In this document: piece after piece, positions 32,239 to 43,191 of the stretch
How positions within the stretch are numbered: the stretch's first letter is position 1
Layout of the letters: every line of letters starts with the position of its first letter
Assembly: GCA_963778555.1 (NCBI GenBank)
Contig: CAVZUR010000004.1
Location: 101,112-165,111, forward strand
DNA: 64,000 bases
Direction of reading: 5' to 3'
Source: Candidatus Moraniibacteriota bacterium
Lineage (GTDB): Bacteria; Patescibacteriota; Minisyncoccia; Moranbacterales; UBA1568
Notes under the pieces: model-generated
What the model saw: the letters and a program-made list of their open reading frames with translations, nothing else
The model's database searches: none
Told to the model about the DNA's origin: nothing
Translations under genes and position numbers: made by a program

Positions 32239-33351
32239 TCAATAGAGCGAGATGAGTCCGCGCGCGATCATCGTTGCCGCATCCGGATGATAGTAGAGTT
32301 TGCGGAAGGTCTCGCCCATCGCTTGGGCTTTTTCAGGATGTTTCACAGTATCCGCGAGTACTTCCATCAGGATATGGCCGCCCAGATTCGCTTCCTCGAT
32401 AACCACCGCGCCACCGCGCCTGGATATCTCATAGGCATTTTGCCGCTGCTCATCATTCGCCGCTGTCGGAAGCGGTACAAAAATCGAAGGTTTCGCCCAC
32501 GCCGCGAGCTCGGCGATCGTCCCGGCACCGGCGCGCGAAATGACGATCGTCGCCAGCGCATACGCGTCCGCGAGCTCATTGCCCGGAAGGAACGGGAGTG
32601 CAATATAGCCGGATCCCGGCTTCACGCCGAGCGTCACAGCCTCCTCTTGGACGGTCGCCAAGTGCTGCTCCCCAGTCAGATGTACGACCTGATAGCCCAG
32701 CGCCAGGAGTTCCGGCATCATCCGGACTACGCTCTGATTCAGCCGACCCGCTCCGAGACTACCGCCGATGACAAGAATTACCGGCCGATCCGCCGTAAAA
32801 CCGAAGCTTTCGCGTCCCCGCGCCGCATCGCCCGCAAGAATCTCGGCGCGAACGGGATTGCCGGTCAGGGCGAGCTTGTTCGCTGGAAAGTAAAGCCGCG
32901 TCCGTTCATAGGCGATAGCGATACGCTTCGCGAAGCGCGCGACAAAGCGATTGGCACGACCCGCAACGGCATCCGAATCGTGGAGAAGAATCGGGATACG
33001 GTACAGGGTCGCCGCCAGAGCAATGGGCACCGATGCCGCGCCCCCTTTGGAGAACACCGCATCCGGCATGTACCACAGGAGATGCCACAGCGCCTGGACA
33101 AAGGCGATCGGCAACTTGATCAGATCGATGAAATTCCAGACCGAAAAATACCGCCGCCATTTGGCAGTCAGGATGAACTTGCACGGGATGCCCGCATCGC
33201 GCATCGCGGTCACTTCAAAAGGTCCGCGGCTGCCGATGAAGAGAAACTCGACATCACCCTTCATCTCTTTTTCGAGCGCCCGCGCGACCGCAATCAGCGG
33301 GAAGGTGTGGCCCCCCGAAAGACCGCCTGTGAGTACAACTCGTTTCGCCAT
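32239..33351 (-). CDS. murG: undecaprenyldiphospho-muramoylpentapeptide beta-N-acetylglucosaminyltransferase (MurG)
   Basis: LTGGLSGGHTFPLIAVARAL GT28 N-terminal motif; intact 370 aa. Confidence 0.9.
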   Translation of the reverse strand: MAKRVVLTGGLSGGHTFPLIAVARALEKEMKGDVEFLFIGSRGPFEVTAMRDAGIPCKFILTAKWRRYFSVWNFIDLIKLPIAFVQALWHLLWYMPDAVFSKGGAASVPIALAATLYRIPILLHDSDAVAGRANRFVARFAKRIAIAYERTRLYFPANKLALTGNPVRAEILAGDAARGRESFGFTADRPVILVIGGSLGAGRLNQSVVRMMPELLALGYQVVHLTGEQHLATVQEEAVTLGVKPGSGYIALPFLPGNELADAYALATIVISRAGAGTIAELAAWAKPSIFVPLPTAANDEQRQNAYEISRRGGAVVIEEANLGGHILMEVLADTVKHPEKAQAMGETFRKLYYHPDAATMIARGLISLY

Positions 33352-33355
33352 ACGT

Positions 33356-34492
33356 TTATCTTTTCAGTGTAGAGTGCCGGGATATATTGAGCAAGACGCC
33401 GACCGCTGCCATCAGAACGGCCAGTGAAGTACCACCGAAACTGATGAATGGCAGAGGAATCCCCGTCAGCGGGACAAGGCCGGTGATCGCCGCGATATTG
33501 ATGAACGCCTGACAGACGACCCACGCAACGATACCGATTGCCAAAAGTTCGCCGAACTTGTCCGGCGCGCGCTGAGCCACCCGGATACCGCGCCAGAGGA
33601 AAAAGAGGAAGAGCGTGACGACGACCGCTCCCCCGAAAAGGCCGGTCTCTTCGGCCAGAACCGCAAAGATGGAGTCCGTCACCGGCTCGGGCAGATAGTT
33701 GAACTTCTGTCGACTGTAGCCGAGTCCCACCCCGAACAGTCCGCCGGTCCCAATCGCGAGCAAAGCCTGCGTCATCTGATAGCCGGCACCCAAAGGATCA
33801 TGCTCCGGATTGAGAAAGACGAGGAAACGCTGCATGCGATAGGGCGCTATCTTGATGAGCACGATCAAGGCCGCCAACCCGAGCGCGATGAGACCGAAGA
33901 TATGTTTCAGATTGGCTCCAGATGCGAAGAAGATGGAAAGTGAGATGCAGAAAATCAGCCCGAGCGTCCCCGTGTCAGGCTGTTTGATGATCAGGAAACT
34001 GACGAGCGAGAGAACTGTGAGGAACGGTACGAAGCCTTCGTAAAAGTCATGCGCCGTATTCGAGCCGCGGCGCGAGAGCCAGGCCGCGAGATAAAAGATA
34101 ATGGCAATCTTCATGATTTCCGATGGCTGGAAAGAAAATGGACCGAGATCGACCCACCGGGCAGCGCCATAGACCGTCGTGCCGAAGCCGGGGATAAAGA
34201 CAAGAACAAGCAGGAGCAGTGCCAGAACGAAAAGCGGGACAACGAAGCGGCGCCAAAGCGGATACGGGATCCGCTCAGCCAAAAGGAGCAGCACTGTCCC
34301 AACACCGAGTCCGAGAAGCTGCTCTTTGAAAAAGTAGTACGGATCGCCGAAACGGACATTGCCATAGGAAACGCCGGCTGACGCAATCATGATGAGACCG
34401 ATGCCAATCAGCGCGAACACGGAAAGTTTCAGCCAGCGATCGCTCGGGCCGCCGCTATTCCGGAAGAGTGAGGGTTTCGTCTGCTTGGTCAT
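33356..34492 (-). CDS. ftsW: FtsW/RodA/SpoVE family peptidoglycan glycosyltransferase (SEDS)
   Basis: About 10 TM helices and SEDS core; start placed at MTKQTKPS to limit overlap with trmD. Confidence 0.85.
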   Translation of the reverse strand: MTKQTKPSLFRNSGGPSDRWLKLSVFALIGIGLIMIASAGVSYGNVRFGDPYYFFKEQLLGLGVGTVLLLLAERIPYPLWRRFVVPLFVLALLLLVLVFIPGFGTTVYGAARWVDLGPFSFQPSEIMKIAIIFYLAAWLSRRGSNTAHDFYEGFVPFLTVLSLVSFLIIKQPDTGTLGLIFCISLSIFFASGANLKHIFGLIALGLAALIVLIKIAPYRMQRFLVFLNPEHDPLGAGYQMTQALLAIGTGGLFGVGLGYSRQKFNYLPEPVTDSIFAVLAEETGLFGGAVVVTLFLFFLWRGIRVAQRAPDKFGELLAIGIVAWVVCQAFINIAAITGLVPLTGIPLPFISFGGTSLAVLMAAVGVLLNISRHSTLKR

Positions 34493-35156
34493 GGAATTTT
34501 TGGGTATTTTTTTCAGCTTGACTCGCTCTCCACGCCGCGATCTCCGCATGGTGGCCGGAAAGAAGGACAGCCGGAACGTCCCAACCTTTGTAACTCTCTG
34601 GTTTCGTGTACTGTGGAAACTCCACCATCTCGCCATCTGTATACGACTCGGTGACGGCACTCGCGGCGTTCCCGAGCACGCCCGGAATGAGCCGCGTCAC
34701 CGCATCAACTACTAGCATTGCTGGGAGCTCACCACCCGTCAAGACAAACGGGCCGATTGAAAGCTCTTCATCAACTAAGCGCTCGGCCACACGCTCATCC
34801 ACACCCTCATATCGCCCGCACAACAGCACAATATGCTCGAACCGACTGAGGCGACGAGCCGCCGCCTGATTGAAGGGTCGACCTTTGGCTGATAAGAGAA
34901 TGATACGCGTTCCAGCTGTCCCACGCTTCGCTCCGAGCGACTCGAGCGCCCGATCAAACGGCTCAACCGCCATGACCATGCCCGCCCCGCCGCCATATGG
35001 CGTATCGTCGACTTTCTGATGCCGGTCAACCGTAAAATCACGGACGTCATGCGTGCGAACTGTGACCAGACCGGCCTCTTGCGCCCGGCGCAAGATAGAA
35101 ACCTGGAAATAGCTCGTAAAACTTTCGGGAAAAATGGTGAGAATATCGAAGTGCAT
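34455..35156 (-). CDS. trmD: tRNA (guanine37-N1)-methyltransferase
   Basis: MHFDILTIFPESF...PYGGGAGMVM SPOUT knot motifs. Confidence 0.9.
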   Translation of the reverse strand: MHFDILTIFPESFTSYFQVSILRRAQEAGLVTVRTHDVRDFTVDRHQKVDDTPYGGGAGMVMAVEPFDRALESLGAKRGTAGTRIILLSAKGRPFNQAAARRLSRFEHIVLLCGRYEGVDERVAERLVDEELSIGPFVLTGGELPAMLVVDAVTRLIPGVLGNAASAVTESYTDGEMVEFPQYTKPESYKGWDVPAVLLSGHHAEIAAWRASQAEKNTQKFHDQADETLTLPE

Positions 35157-35282
35157 ACTAAAACTGGACACTTAGGGAAAACCACGTGCCTCCTTATAAT
35201 ATCACGACCACTTTCTCGACAAAAAGAAAGCCGGAGCGCACAGATTGATGTGGGCTCCGGCAGGAATGTCGACGTCATTGAT

Positions 35283-36083
35283 TCAGTTCATGACAACACG
35301 CGATTCAAGGTCGTCGTATCCAGGATCAGGCAGCTGTCTTCGAGCGACCAGTTGGACTCCGATCAGCCGGCCATCTATGGGACGGCCAGCCGGTTGATAG
35401 AAGAATCGAGCCGTGGAGGCTGATTGCAGCAAGCCGAGATAGGCGACGTCCGTTTCGTACGAGACGAAGAGGCGGATACCAGGGTCCATCATGCCCGACT
35501 TGAGGATACGGGAAACCGTAATGATGCGGCCTCGACTCAGGAAGTCTTCACCACGCTCGGCGACATTCCCATCGAACCAGCAGTTGTCGCCAGCCGTCAG
35601 AGCCATGTACTCATCGAAGTTCGCTTGGTACATCGGGACCAGCCGCTGCTGTATCCGTGAACTGACGAAGTAGATTGCAAAGGCGAGCGGGACGGCGACA
35701 ATGTGCACCCAATGGTACAGGCCTCGCCAGTACAGCCCGAGGAGAAAGATTCCAATCAGAACGACAGGCAGCAGGGTCCAGCCCAACGCGATGAGCAGGC
35801 TTTCCCCGTGGCGGACAAGCAAGGGCCGATGCGCTTTCTGGCCGAGAGCGGTCTTTCGGCGCTCTTCATAGTCGATCTGGCGCTGGAGCCAACCGTCGAA
35901 ACCGAAACCAAAGTATCGAAGCTTTAGGAAACCGAACGCAAGCGAGAAAACGATGAGGCAAACAGTTGCCGCGAGCGGCACCAGTGGATATTCAGTAGAC
36001 ATGAGCTGACCTTTCAGAATTGCGCCGAGGCGCAGGGTTGAATTGGGAATGAGCGATGAAACTACTGCTGAGTCAGCAGTCAA
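35283..36083 (-). CDS. hypothetical membrane protein (3 TM helices plus a C-terminal soluble domain)
   Basis: Intact 266-aa ORF; no family recognised; a GDN motif is present but the order does not fit S26 peptidases. Confidence 0.55.
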   Translation of the reverse strand: MTADSAVVSSLIPNSTLRLGAILKGQLMSTEYPLVPLAATVCLIVFSLAFGFLKLRYFGFGFDGWLQRQIDYEERRKTALGQKAHRPLLVRHGESLLIALGWTLLPVVLIGIFLLGLYWRGLYHWVHIVAVPLAFAIYFVSSRIQQRLVPMYQANFDEYMALTAGDNCWFDGNVAERGEDFLSRGRIITVSRILKSGMMDPGIRLFVSYETDVAYLGLLQSASTARFFYQPAGRPIDGRLIGVQLVARRQLPDPGYDDLESRVVMN

Positions 36084-36118
36084 AAAGGGATATGGGGCAC
36101 AGGCATATCCCTTTTTGA
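36080..36118. terminator. 14-bp perfect inverted repeat (bidirectional terminator) downstream of the DUF4012 gene
   Basis: caaaaagggatatg(36081-36094)/catatccctttttg(36104-36117); a second hairpin gaagcctc/gaggcttc follows. Confidence 0.5.
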
Positions 36119-36167
36119 CTGCCTAGAAGCCTCACTTTGCAGCAGAGGCTTCCGAGCATTGCGACCA

Positions 36168-37526
36168 TCATTCAAGCGTACTCCAGACGGCGGGTCGATT
36201 GAGAATGAAACTCTTTTCGTTCGACTGACCGTCTACACCGATGATGGTCACGGTCACCGGGACATCATTCAGGCCAGCCTGCTTCTCGATGAGGAGGTCA
36301 TACGCATCGGACTCGAAGTCTTTCGGCAAGCGATACGTCCACGTCACAGTCTTCGTCGTTCCGAGGGGCACATGGACAATCGCGCCAAAGTACTTCTTGC
36401 CGAGCTCACTCCCGAACACCGCGGGTTTGGCGTTCCCTGAGACCGATTCGAGCCAGCTCCCTTCGGGTACATAGACCCGGGAGAACGACTGATAGTCTTT
36501 GGTCATAAAATCCTTCTCCTTGGCGGTATGCTCGTAGGTGACAGCGAGCGTGGCTTGTGGTGCTTCACCGCCCAGATCAAGTGTATAGGCCATCGACCGA
36601 CGCAGGCGATAGTCCGTTTTGAAAGAATTCAGATTGGAATCGACGGCTAAAAGATAATCTCCCGTCCATGTTCGGTCCAATTCGCCGCTCCAACCCGCAG
36701 TCCGTACAATTGCCTGCAAGGATTCATCTTTCAGGAAAATCTGGATATCTTTTTTGTGCAAGTCGTCGAGCACTGCCTTGAAAAGCGCGTACTTACCGGT
36801 TACCGGGAGTGCTTTGGCTTTCCCGAGAATGATATCGCCCAAGAGATTCATAATGCTTTTGCGCTCACCCCGAGCGATCCCCTGCTGCAAGAACGCCTGC
36901 TCCACTTGGTATTCGAGATCGAGTACGGCATTGTCCGCACCATACGTACCCGGATAACCTGGTACCTCGACCGGACCAGTCACTGAGAGGAAGGAGCTCA
37001 AGACATTTGTCGTGATACCAATCACACCGTCAAGCGTTTCAGTGCCTTGTCCCATCTTATAAAAATCCTCGGCCGCCTTGGCGTTCACTGCCCAATCCGG
37101 CGAGACATTGGAATCACGGAGCTTCAGGCTTTTCACTCCCAATGTCTCCGGCAAAGGATACGGTGCGGGCACGGTGTCTGGAATCCGGCCATCGAAGTTC
37201 ACCACATCGTGCGAGGTGAAATCGATTACTTGGCCGTCTTTCACTCGAACGATGCCGAAAGATCCGATAAAACCGCCGCCGGGGCGCAACTCCATGTTGT
37301 TCTGGAACAATACTAGGAAGATTTTTTCTCGACCGCCGGTATTCATGAATGATCCAGCCAATTTCGCCAAGGTCGCAAAATCACCTGTGAGCTCGTTGGA
37401 AAAAAATGATCGGCCAGAGGTCGCCGCACCGTAGCGGGTAGTCCAATAGTAGCCTCCGGCGAGAAGGATAAGACTGCCCACAAAAAAAGCGGCGATGAAC
37501 TTTTTCATAGATCGAGAGGATGACAC
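36168..37526 (-). CDS. DUF4012 domain-containing envelope protein
   Basis: ELRPGGGFIGSFGIV motif typical of DUF4012; N-terminal TM; intact 452 aa. Confidence 0.8.
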   Translation of the reverse strand: MSSSRSMKKFIAAFFVGSLILLAGGYYWTTRYGAATSGRSFFSNELTGDFATLAKLAGSFMNTGGREKIFLVLFQNNMELRPGGGFIGSFGIVRVKDGQVIDFTSHDVVNFDGRIPDTVPAPYPLPETLGVKSLKLRDSNVSPDWAVNAKAAEDFYKMGQGTETLDGVIGITTNVLSSFLSVTGPVEVPGYPGTYGADNAVLDLEYQVEQAFLQQGIARGERKSIMNLLGDIILGKAKALPVTGKYALFKAVLDDLHKKDIQIFLKDESLQAIVRTAGWSGELDRTWTGDYLLAVDSNLNSFKTDYRLRRSMAYTLDLGGEAPQATLAVTYEHTAKEKDFMTKDYQSFSRVYVPEGSWLESVSGNAKPAVFGSELGKKYFGAIVHVPLGTTKTVTWTYRLPKDFESDAYDLLIEKQAGLNDVPVTVTIIGVDGQSNEKSFILNRPAVWSTLE

Positions 37527-37528
37527 AC

Positions 37529-38704
37529 TTACATCTTACCAGAGAGCAGCTCATTCAGGCGGCGCTTGTAGTCTTCGGGCGTCGGTTCATGCGTTTCTGG
37601 CTGCGGCTCGGTTCTGATTTCATCCATCCCGATTGTGACTTCGTCGTCTCGGGTATCGATAGGCTCCGAGTCAGCGGCCGGAACGCTATCCACTGCTCTC
37701 TCATGTCCCGGTATTCCCTGGAACAGCCTAATGGGGTGATCGACAATCGGAAGATTATCTGGGGCCGCCGCATGCGCCGCATACCCACGATATGTGACAT
37801 CTATAATCTCGCGGTCCGGCAGCTCATGCATGAGACGCGTATCAACGAGATTCTCCTCCGACGCAGTGCTATCGAACATCTCACGACCCGACTCGGGTAA
37901 CGTACGTGTACGCACATCAACTTCAGACGCTTCTTCGTCGAACGGTTCAGTCCGCGACATTGTGTCATAGGAAGGTGCCGATTCAGAAACGGGTTCCGGG
38001 TGCACAGTGCTGTCGAGCGCTCCGTTTTCGGGCGCACGAGAGCTGTCCTCTCGCCCCCAATAGGCCGGCACGCGCGGTTTAAACGTATCGGGTGAGATCA
38101 TATATTCGCTGTTCTGCGACGATGCCAGGCGAGTATTGGGAAAGACGCGTTCCATGAGACTGTCAATCGCAAAAAACAGCACGCTAAAAAAGAGGGCGGT
38201 GCCGATGGTAAAGAGAAGGAATTTCGGCCAAGCGGTAAGTTTCGGAGAGACTGTTGGCTCTTCGACGATACGGATATCGAGATCGGTCTTTTGGTTATAG
38301 AAACGGCTGCTCGTCCGAACCAGCTCGAGAATAACGCCCCGTGCCAACCGAAGGGACGCGTCGGAATCATCTGCGGTGGCCGTAATTCGGATGAGGTCAC
38401 TTCCCTTGACTGTCTCCACGCTCACCATCCGGCGCCACAGCGACTGCCGTTCAGCCGGCGTCAGACCAACGAGCGGACTCTCGAGCGCATCATCGGCGGT
38501 ATTTACGGCGGTGGCGAAGGGAACCGTCTGAGCGAGCGCCACGAGATTTTTCGCCGCCCCATTCGCAGACGGCGACTGTGCGAGCGCGAGCAACGACGCT
38601 TCGCTCTGATAGCCGCGTAATTCATTCAGCCAGAACAAGCCCGCTACGAGCAGCAGCGGAATGAAGACAGCCCAGAACGATTGTCGGAATACGTTACGCC
38701 ACAT
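37529..38704 (-). CDS. polysaccharide chain-length determinant-like protein (Wzz/GumC-like N-terminal domain, second TM, long low-complexity tail)
   Basis: TM - LIRITATADDSDASLRLARGVILELV - TM architecture; start trimmed to Met 48 to avoid a 150-nt overlap with the upstream GT4 gene. Confidence 0.5.
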   Translation of the reverse strand: MWRNVFRQSFWAVFIPLLLVAGLFWLNELRGYQSEASLLALAQSPSANGAAKNLVALAQTVPFATAVNTADDALESPLVGLTPAERQSLWRRMVSVETVKGSDLIRITATADDSDASLRLARGVILELVRTSSRFYNQKTDLDIRIVEEPTVSPKLTAWPKFLLFTIGTALFFSVLFFAIDSLMERVFPNTRLASSQNSEYMISPDTFKPRVPAYWGREDSSRAPENGALDSTVHPEPVSESAPSYDTMSRTEPFDEEASEVDVRTRTLPESGREMFDSTASEENLVDTRLMHELPDREIIDVTYRGYAAHAAAPDNLPIVDHPIRLFQGIPGHERAVDSVPAADSEPIDTRDDEVTIGMDEIRTEPQPETHEPTPEDYKRRLNELLSGKM

Positions 38705-39863
38705 GCTTGGTAGTCCACTGGTATTGATGTGCCCTTTCAGTAATTGTTTCCTGATAGACCTCAGCGGTCTGACGCGCGATTGCATCCCAGCTGAATGAGT
38801 TTTCAATCCGCTCTTTCGCCAACGCTCCGAGCCGCTTTGCGTCATCGGGCCGATTGATATAATGGGCCATGGACTGTTTCAGCGCATTGACATCCTTGAC
38901 CGGAAAAACCACTCCGTATCCGCCGCGCACGACTTCAAGATTCGGCGCGATATCCGAAACAATGACTGGGAGGCCGTAGGCCATCGCTTCGAGCAGAGCC
39001 ATCGACATGCCCTCGTTCTCCGATGGCTGAACAAAGAGACCGGCATGCGTGAAGAGCGCAGCCAAGCTCTTTCCCTGTTGCTCGCCGAGGAACAGAATGT
39101 TCACCCGGCCAGCCGCCATGGCATGCAGGTACTTCTCATAGTCCGGGGTATTGGCCGGTGCACCGACAATAACCAGCTTGTAGTTGTTCGGCAGCCGATT
39201 GGTATCCTCGAGCTCCATGAAGGCCTTGATGAGATACTGGATGCCCTTATGGCCCACGAGGCGAGAAACTGACAGGGTGTAGCGATTGGCGCGCAGCCCC
39301 CATTGGTTGAGAATCTCCGCCGATGTTTCCATCTCGATTTCAGCCCCATTCGGGATATAGACTGCATCACATTGATAGAAATCTTTCGCGTACCGCGCCA
39401 AGTCCTGGCTCACGGTGATCGTCCGTTCCGGTACATTGCAGGTGAAAAATTCAGCAGCTTTGAGAAAATTCTTGGCGACGAGACCCCATTTCTTGTGAAA
39501 GTAGTCGCGACTATGGAATGTCGAAATAACGCGAGCCTTCGGCTTCAAGATGCGCGGAATAAATGAGAGAACCGACGGGCCGATGGATTGATAATGGATA
39601 ACGTCGTAGTCCTGAAAAAGCGCATGCAGCGTCGCCATGAGGGTATGGGAAATCGTATCCCAATGCTTGGTCGGAATCGACGGCAACGAGACGAGACGAA
39701 CACCGCGGAACGAGGTCATCGTCCGGGGCGTATAGTGTGGCCGTGTATAGACCGTCACATCGTGCCCGAGCTGTACCAATCGGCCGGAGAGTTTTTCGAC
39801 ATGCTTTTCGACGCCACCCGAATGGGTCGGGATACCTTTCTGACCGATGAAAGCGATTTTCAT
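38694..39863 (-). CDS. glycosyltransferase family 4
   Basis: MKIAFIGQKGIPTHSGGVEKHVEKLS GT4 N-terminus and C-terminal GT1/4 fold; intact. Confidence 0.85.
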   Translation of the reverse strand: MKIAFIGQKGIPTHSGGVEKHVEKLSGRLVQLGHDVTVYTRPHYTPRTMTSFRGVRLVSLPSIPTKHWDTISHTLMATLHALFQDYDVIHYQSIGPSVLSFIPRILKPKARVISTFHSRDYFHKKWGLVAKNFLKAAEFFTCNVPERTITVSQDLARYAKDFYQCDAVYIPNGAEIEMETSAEILNQWGLRANRYTLSVSRLVGHKGIQYLIKAFMELEDTNRLPNNYKLVIVGAPANTPDYEKYLHAMAAGRVNILFLGEQQGKSLAALFTHAGLFVQPSENEGMSMALLEAMAYGLPVIVSDIAPNLEVVRGGYGVVFPVKDVNALKQSMAHYINRPDDAKRLGALAKERIENSFSWDAIARQTAEVYQETITERAHQYQWTTKHVA

Positions 39864-39997
39864 AGCCGTGCTGGATACCGATGAATTAACGTCGAATAGT
39901 AGCAAAGAAATCAGTTTCTGTCAATAGCGTAATCTGGCTTAGACAAGCAAAAACCCACCCCCAGCTGAGGGTGGGTAATTTCGCCTGTTTGTCGGCT

Positions 39998-40930
39998 TTA
40001 CCAAAGGCGCAAAATAGCGGATAGGCCCCCGAGGCGATTCCCCTCCATTCGATTGTTATCGAGAACCAAGCCCTGGAAGTTGCCCTCAGCTGCACGCACA
40101 ACTCGCGCCACGCCATAGCGGCCATTGTCGATGAGCGCCGCTTTCTTGAAGCCGACCGCCCCGGCCGCGCCATACGAGTTCACCTCCACGCCCTCGCGGC
40201 CATTACGTCGGATAGAATTGTTCTTGCTCCAGAAGGACGACCCGTCCAAGACCAACTTGAAACCGCTAGCGCGATTTTCCAGAATCCGGTTATCAGCAAA
40301 CCACCCCTTGACTCCAGCCACGAGATCAACGCCATCCGCATTCCCGATAATATCCGTGTCTGTGACGATTACGCTGCGTTTCTCGGAGAAAATTCCCGCC
40401 ATCCGGCTCCCCTTGATGACTGACCGGTCGATGAGCACCTGTTCTTTCTTGTCGCGTGAACCTTTATCGATGTGTACGCCATCGCGCGAACTATTCTTGA
40501 TAACCGAGCGGACAATTTTTGCTTCTGCATGCTCCAGCACGCGTACACCATGGCGACCACCGACGACCGTAATCTTATTAATCTCGGTATCATCCTTCAT
40601 GACGATGGTTGGTTGATTCGGATTATCGGCCTTGATGACGACATCGTCGACATTCTTCCCGCCGATAAGTTTCACATCTTTGGGCAGAGTAATGTTTTCC
40701 TTGTACGTCCCTTTACCGACATAAACGACTGTGGAACCTTTGGCATGTTTCAGGGCCTTCGAAATTGTCTGATACGGATGATCATGCGATCCGTCCTGGG
40801 TGCCCTTATTATCCTTATCGACATACAAGCTCTTGGAGCCGCCGAAAACGACGATTGGTCCGAGAACCGCCACGAAAAATGCAGCCATCAGAAGACTGCG
40901 CTTCCACTTCAAAACAGGTGTGCTATTCAT
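39998..40930 (-). CDS. right-handed parallel beta-helix repeat protein (DUF1565/pectate-lyase-like) with signal anchor
   Basis: MNSTPVLKWKRSLLMAAFFVAVLG signal; HDHPYQTISKALKHAKGSTVVYVGKGTY beta-helix start. Confidence 0.7.
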   Translation of the reverse strand: MNSTPVLKWKRSLLMAAFFVAVLGPIVVFGGSKSLYVDKDNKGTQDGSHDHPYQTISKALKHAKGSTVVYVGKGTYKENITLPKDVKLIGGKNVDDVVIKADNPNQPTIVMKDDTEINKITVVGGRHGVRVLEHAEAKIVRSVIKNSSRDGVHIDKGSRDKKEQVLIDRSVIKGSRMAGIFSEKRSVIVTDTDIIGNADGVDLVAGVKGWFADNRILENRASGFKLVLDGSSFWSKNNSIRRNGREGVEVNSYGAAGAVGFKKAALIDNGRYGVARVVRAAEGNFQGLVLDNNRMEGNRLGGLSAILRLW

Positions 40931-41038
40931 ACGGGTAGACGACAACAAATTGAGCGAACGGATAACAGTACCAGGGGTCGGTGATTTTGTCAATTCCTGA
41001 CCAGTCGGGTAGTATGATAGAGAACCTGAGAAACAAAC

Positions 41039-43165
41039 ATGTCCCTCCATAGCCTCTTTGCTCCCCGATCGATAGCTGTGATCGGCGCCTCCACGACCGT
41101 CGGCAGTGTGGGAAACGATGTCGCGAAAAATCTCATTGAGAGCGACTATTCCGGCGCCATCCATCTCATCAATCCGAAAACTGACACCTTATTCGGTCGT
41201 CCGTGTTATCCGTCGCTGGATGCCGTCCCCGGGTCAGTCGACCTTGCCATCATCATTGTTCCAGCATCAATCGTTCCAGCCGTACTCCGGGAAGCCGGCG
41301 AGCGCTTGGTCCGCGCGGCCGTCATAATCAGTGCCGGTTTTAAGGAAAGTGGTGCGGCAGGCCAAGCGCTCGAAGCAGAGGTTGTCATGATTGCTAAAGA
41401 ATTCGACATCTCCGTCCTGGGCCCCAACTGTCTCGGCTATATCAACCCCCGCCAATTTCTGAACGCATCCTTCGCGTCATCCATTCCCACCGCCGGATCA
41501 ATCGCCTTTTTCTCCCAGAGCGGCGCCCTGACCAGCGCGTTTCTCGATCTGACCAAAGGCACGCTGGGTTTTTCACTCTTCGCATCGATTGGCAACAAAG
41601 CGGTCATTGATGAGAAAATTCTGCTCGAACACCTTTTCAAAGACGAAGGAACTCGGACAATCGGCATGTACACTGAAAATCTCACCGATGCCCACCGACT
41701 CATCGAACTGGGACGGACGAATCTCGGATCAAAGAATCCGAAGCCGGTTGTCGCATTGAAGTCCGGGACCACAGCTGCCGGGACCACAGCTTCAAGCTCG
41801 CACACCGGCGCAGTAGCGGGAAGTGATGCCGCGTACACAGCCCTCTTGCGACAAGCCAGGATACTTCGGGCGGAAAACTTTGAGGAACTCATGGGCCTGC
41901 TCGCAATCTTTGACCAGAATCCGATTCCCCGCGGCAAACGGCTCGCCATCGTCACCAATGCGGGCGGTCTTGGCGTTCTGGCGACGGATGCCGCCATCAA
42001 GAACGGCCTCTCCCTGGCGACACTCAGCCCCGAAACTGTCAGCCAATTGAAGGCCACATTGCCACCGGCAGCCAATACGCATAATCCCATTGATGTCCTC
42101 GGCGACGCGCTTGCCGACCGGTATCGCGAAAGCTCTCGATCTGGTCGCGACCGATGAACATGTGGATCTCATCCTCGTCATCCTTACGCCGCAGACCATG
42201 ACAGAGGCAGAGAAACCGGCGAGTTGCTATTGTGGCGCTCCGGAAAAAATTTCCGGCACTCGGAATCGCAACGGTTTTTTCTGGGGCCGCACTGGTCCAC
42301 GCCAGCCACAAAGTTGCTCCATGCAGGGAGAGATACCGCAAGTTCCTCTACCCCGAATCGGGCGCCCGGGTCCTCGGCGCGCTCGCGCATTTCGGTGACT
42401 GGCAACGAACCCTACGTGTGCGAAATTCCGTCCGAGCGAAAAATAGACACGGCCGCAGCAGCCGCAATTTTGCGCAGAAGCGAAAAAGACTGGGAAACTG
42501 CAGCTCAGCGAACACGCCGCCTCAGCGTTCCTCTCAACGCTCGGATTTCCTTTTCTTGAAAGCGCGCTCGCCGCCTACCGTGACGAGGAGCAACGGTTTG
42601 CACAGTCCATCGACAAACCGATCGTACTCAAGATCGCCTCGCCGGATATCATTCATAAATCCGATGTCGGCGGCGTAATACTGAAGGTAAAGCCGGAAGA
42701 AGCGGATGTCGCATTCGAAAGGCTGATCGCAAAGGTGAGCATTCACGCCCCCCACGCGGCCATCGAAGGCGTACTCATCGTCGAAATGGTAGCCCCGGCG
42801 GACGTGAAATTATCCTCGGCCTCAAACAAGAACCTGGCCTCGGAACACTCGTCCTTTCGGGTCTCGGCGGCATCTATGTCGAGACATTCAAGGACGTCGC
42901 CATGCGTTTTGCTCCGCTTCTGCGCTTCCGATATCGACGAGATGCTCGATGAGCTCCGGACGCTCCCGCTCTTGCTCGGCAGCCGTGGCGAAGCAGGTAT
43001 CGATCTCGGGAAACTGAAGGATGCATCGGCGGCTCCTGTCCAAATCGCGATCGATTTCCCGGAAATAGTCGGAACTCGATATCAATCCCGCTCCTCGCTT
43101 TTCCGGCGGCGAAGCCTTCCGCGTGCTCGATTCCCGCATTCGACTGCGACGCCGATAGACTGGTA
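41039..43165 (+). CDS. ADP-forming acyl-CoA synthetase (fused alpha+beta, NDP-forming acetyl-CoA synthetase family), at least 5 frameshifts in the C-terminal half
   Basis: N-terminal SIAVIGAST..VG; middle NPIDVLGDALADRY; beta-domain pieces VILKVKPEEADVAFERL, GVLIVEMVAPADV, DIDEMLDELRTLPLLLGSRGEAGID scattered over 3 frames at 42090-43165. Confidence 0.75.
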
Positions 43166-43191
43166 ACCAGAGCTACCTGAAAGCAAACGAC

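Noticed and set aside
31666-33372. 568-aa plus-strand ORF
   Set aside because: It is antisense to murC and murG, with Arg-rich low-complexity translation and no motifs, so it is a shadow ORF.
35283-36083. Membrane protein with a GDN motif considered as S26 signal peptidase I
   Set aside because: The order of motifs is wrong, with GDN before any Ser or Lys boxes. It has three N-terminal TM helices and no SMxPT box.
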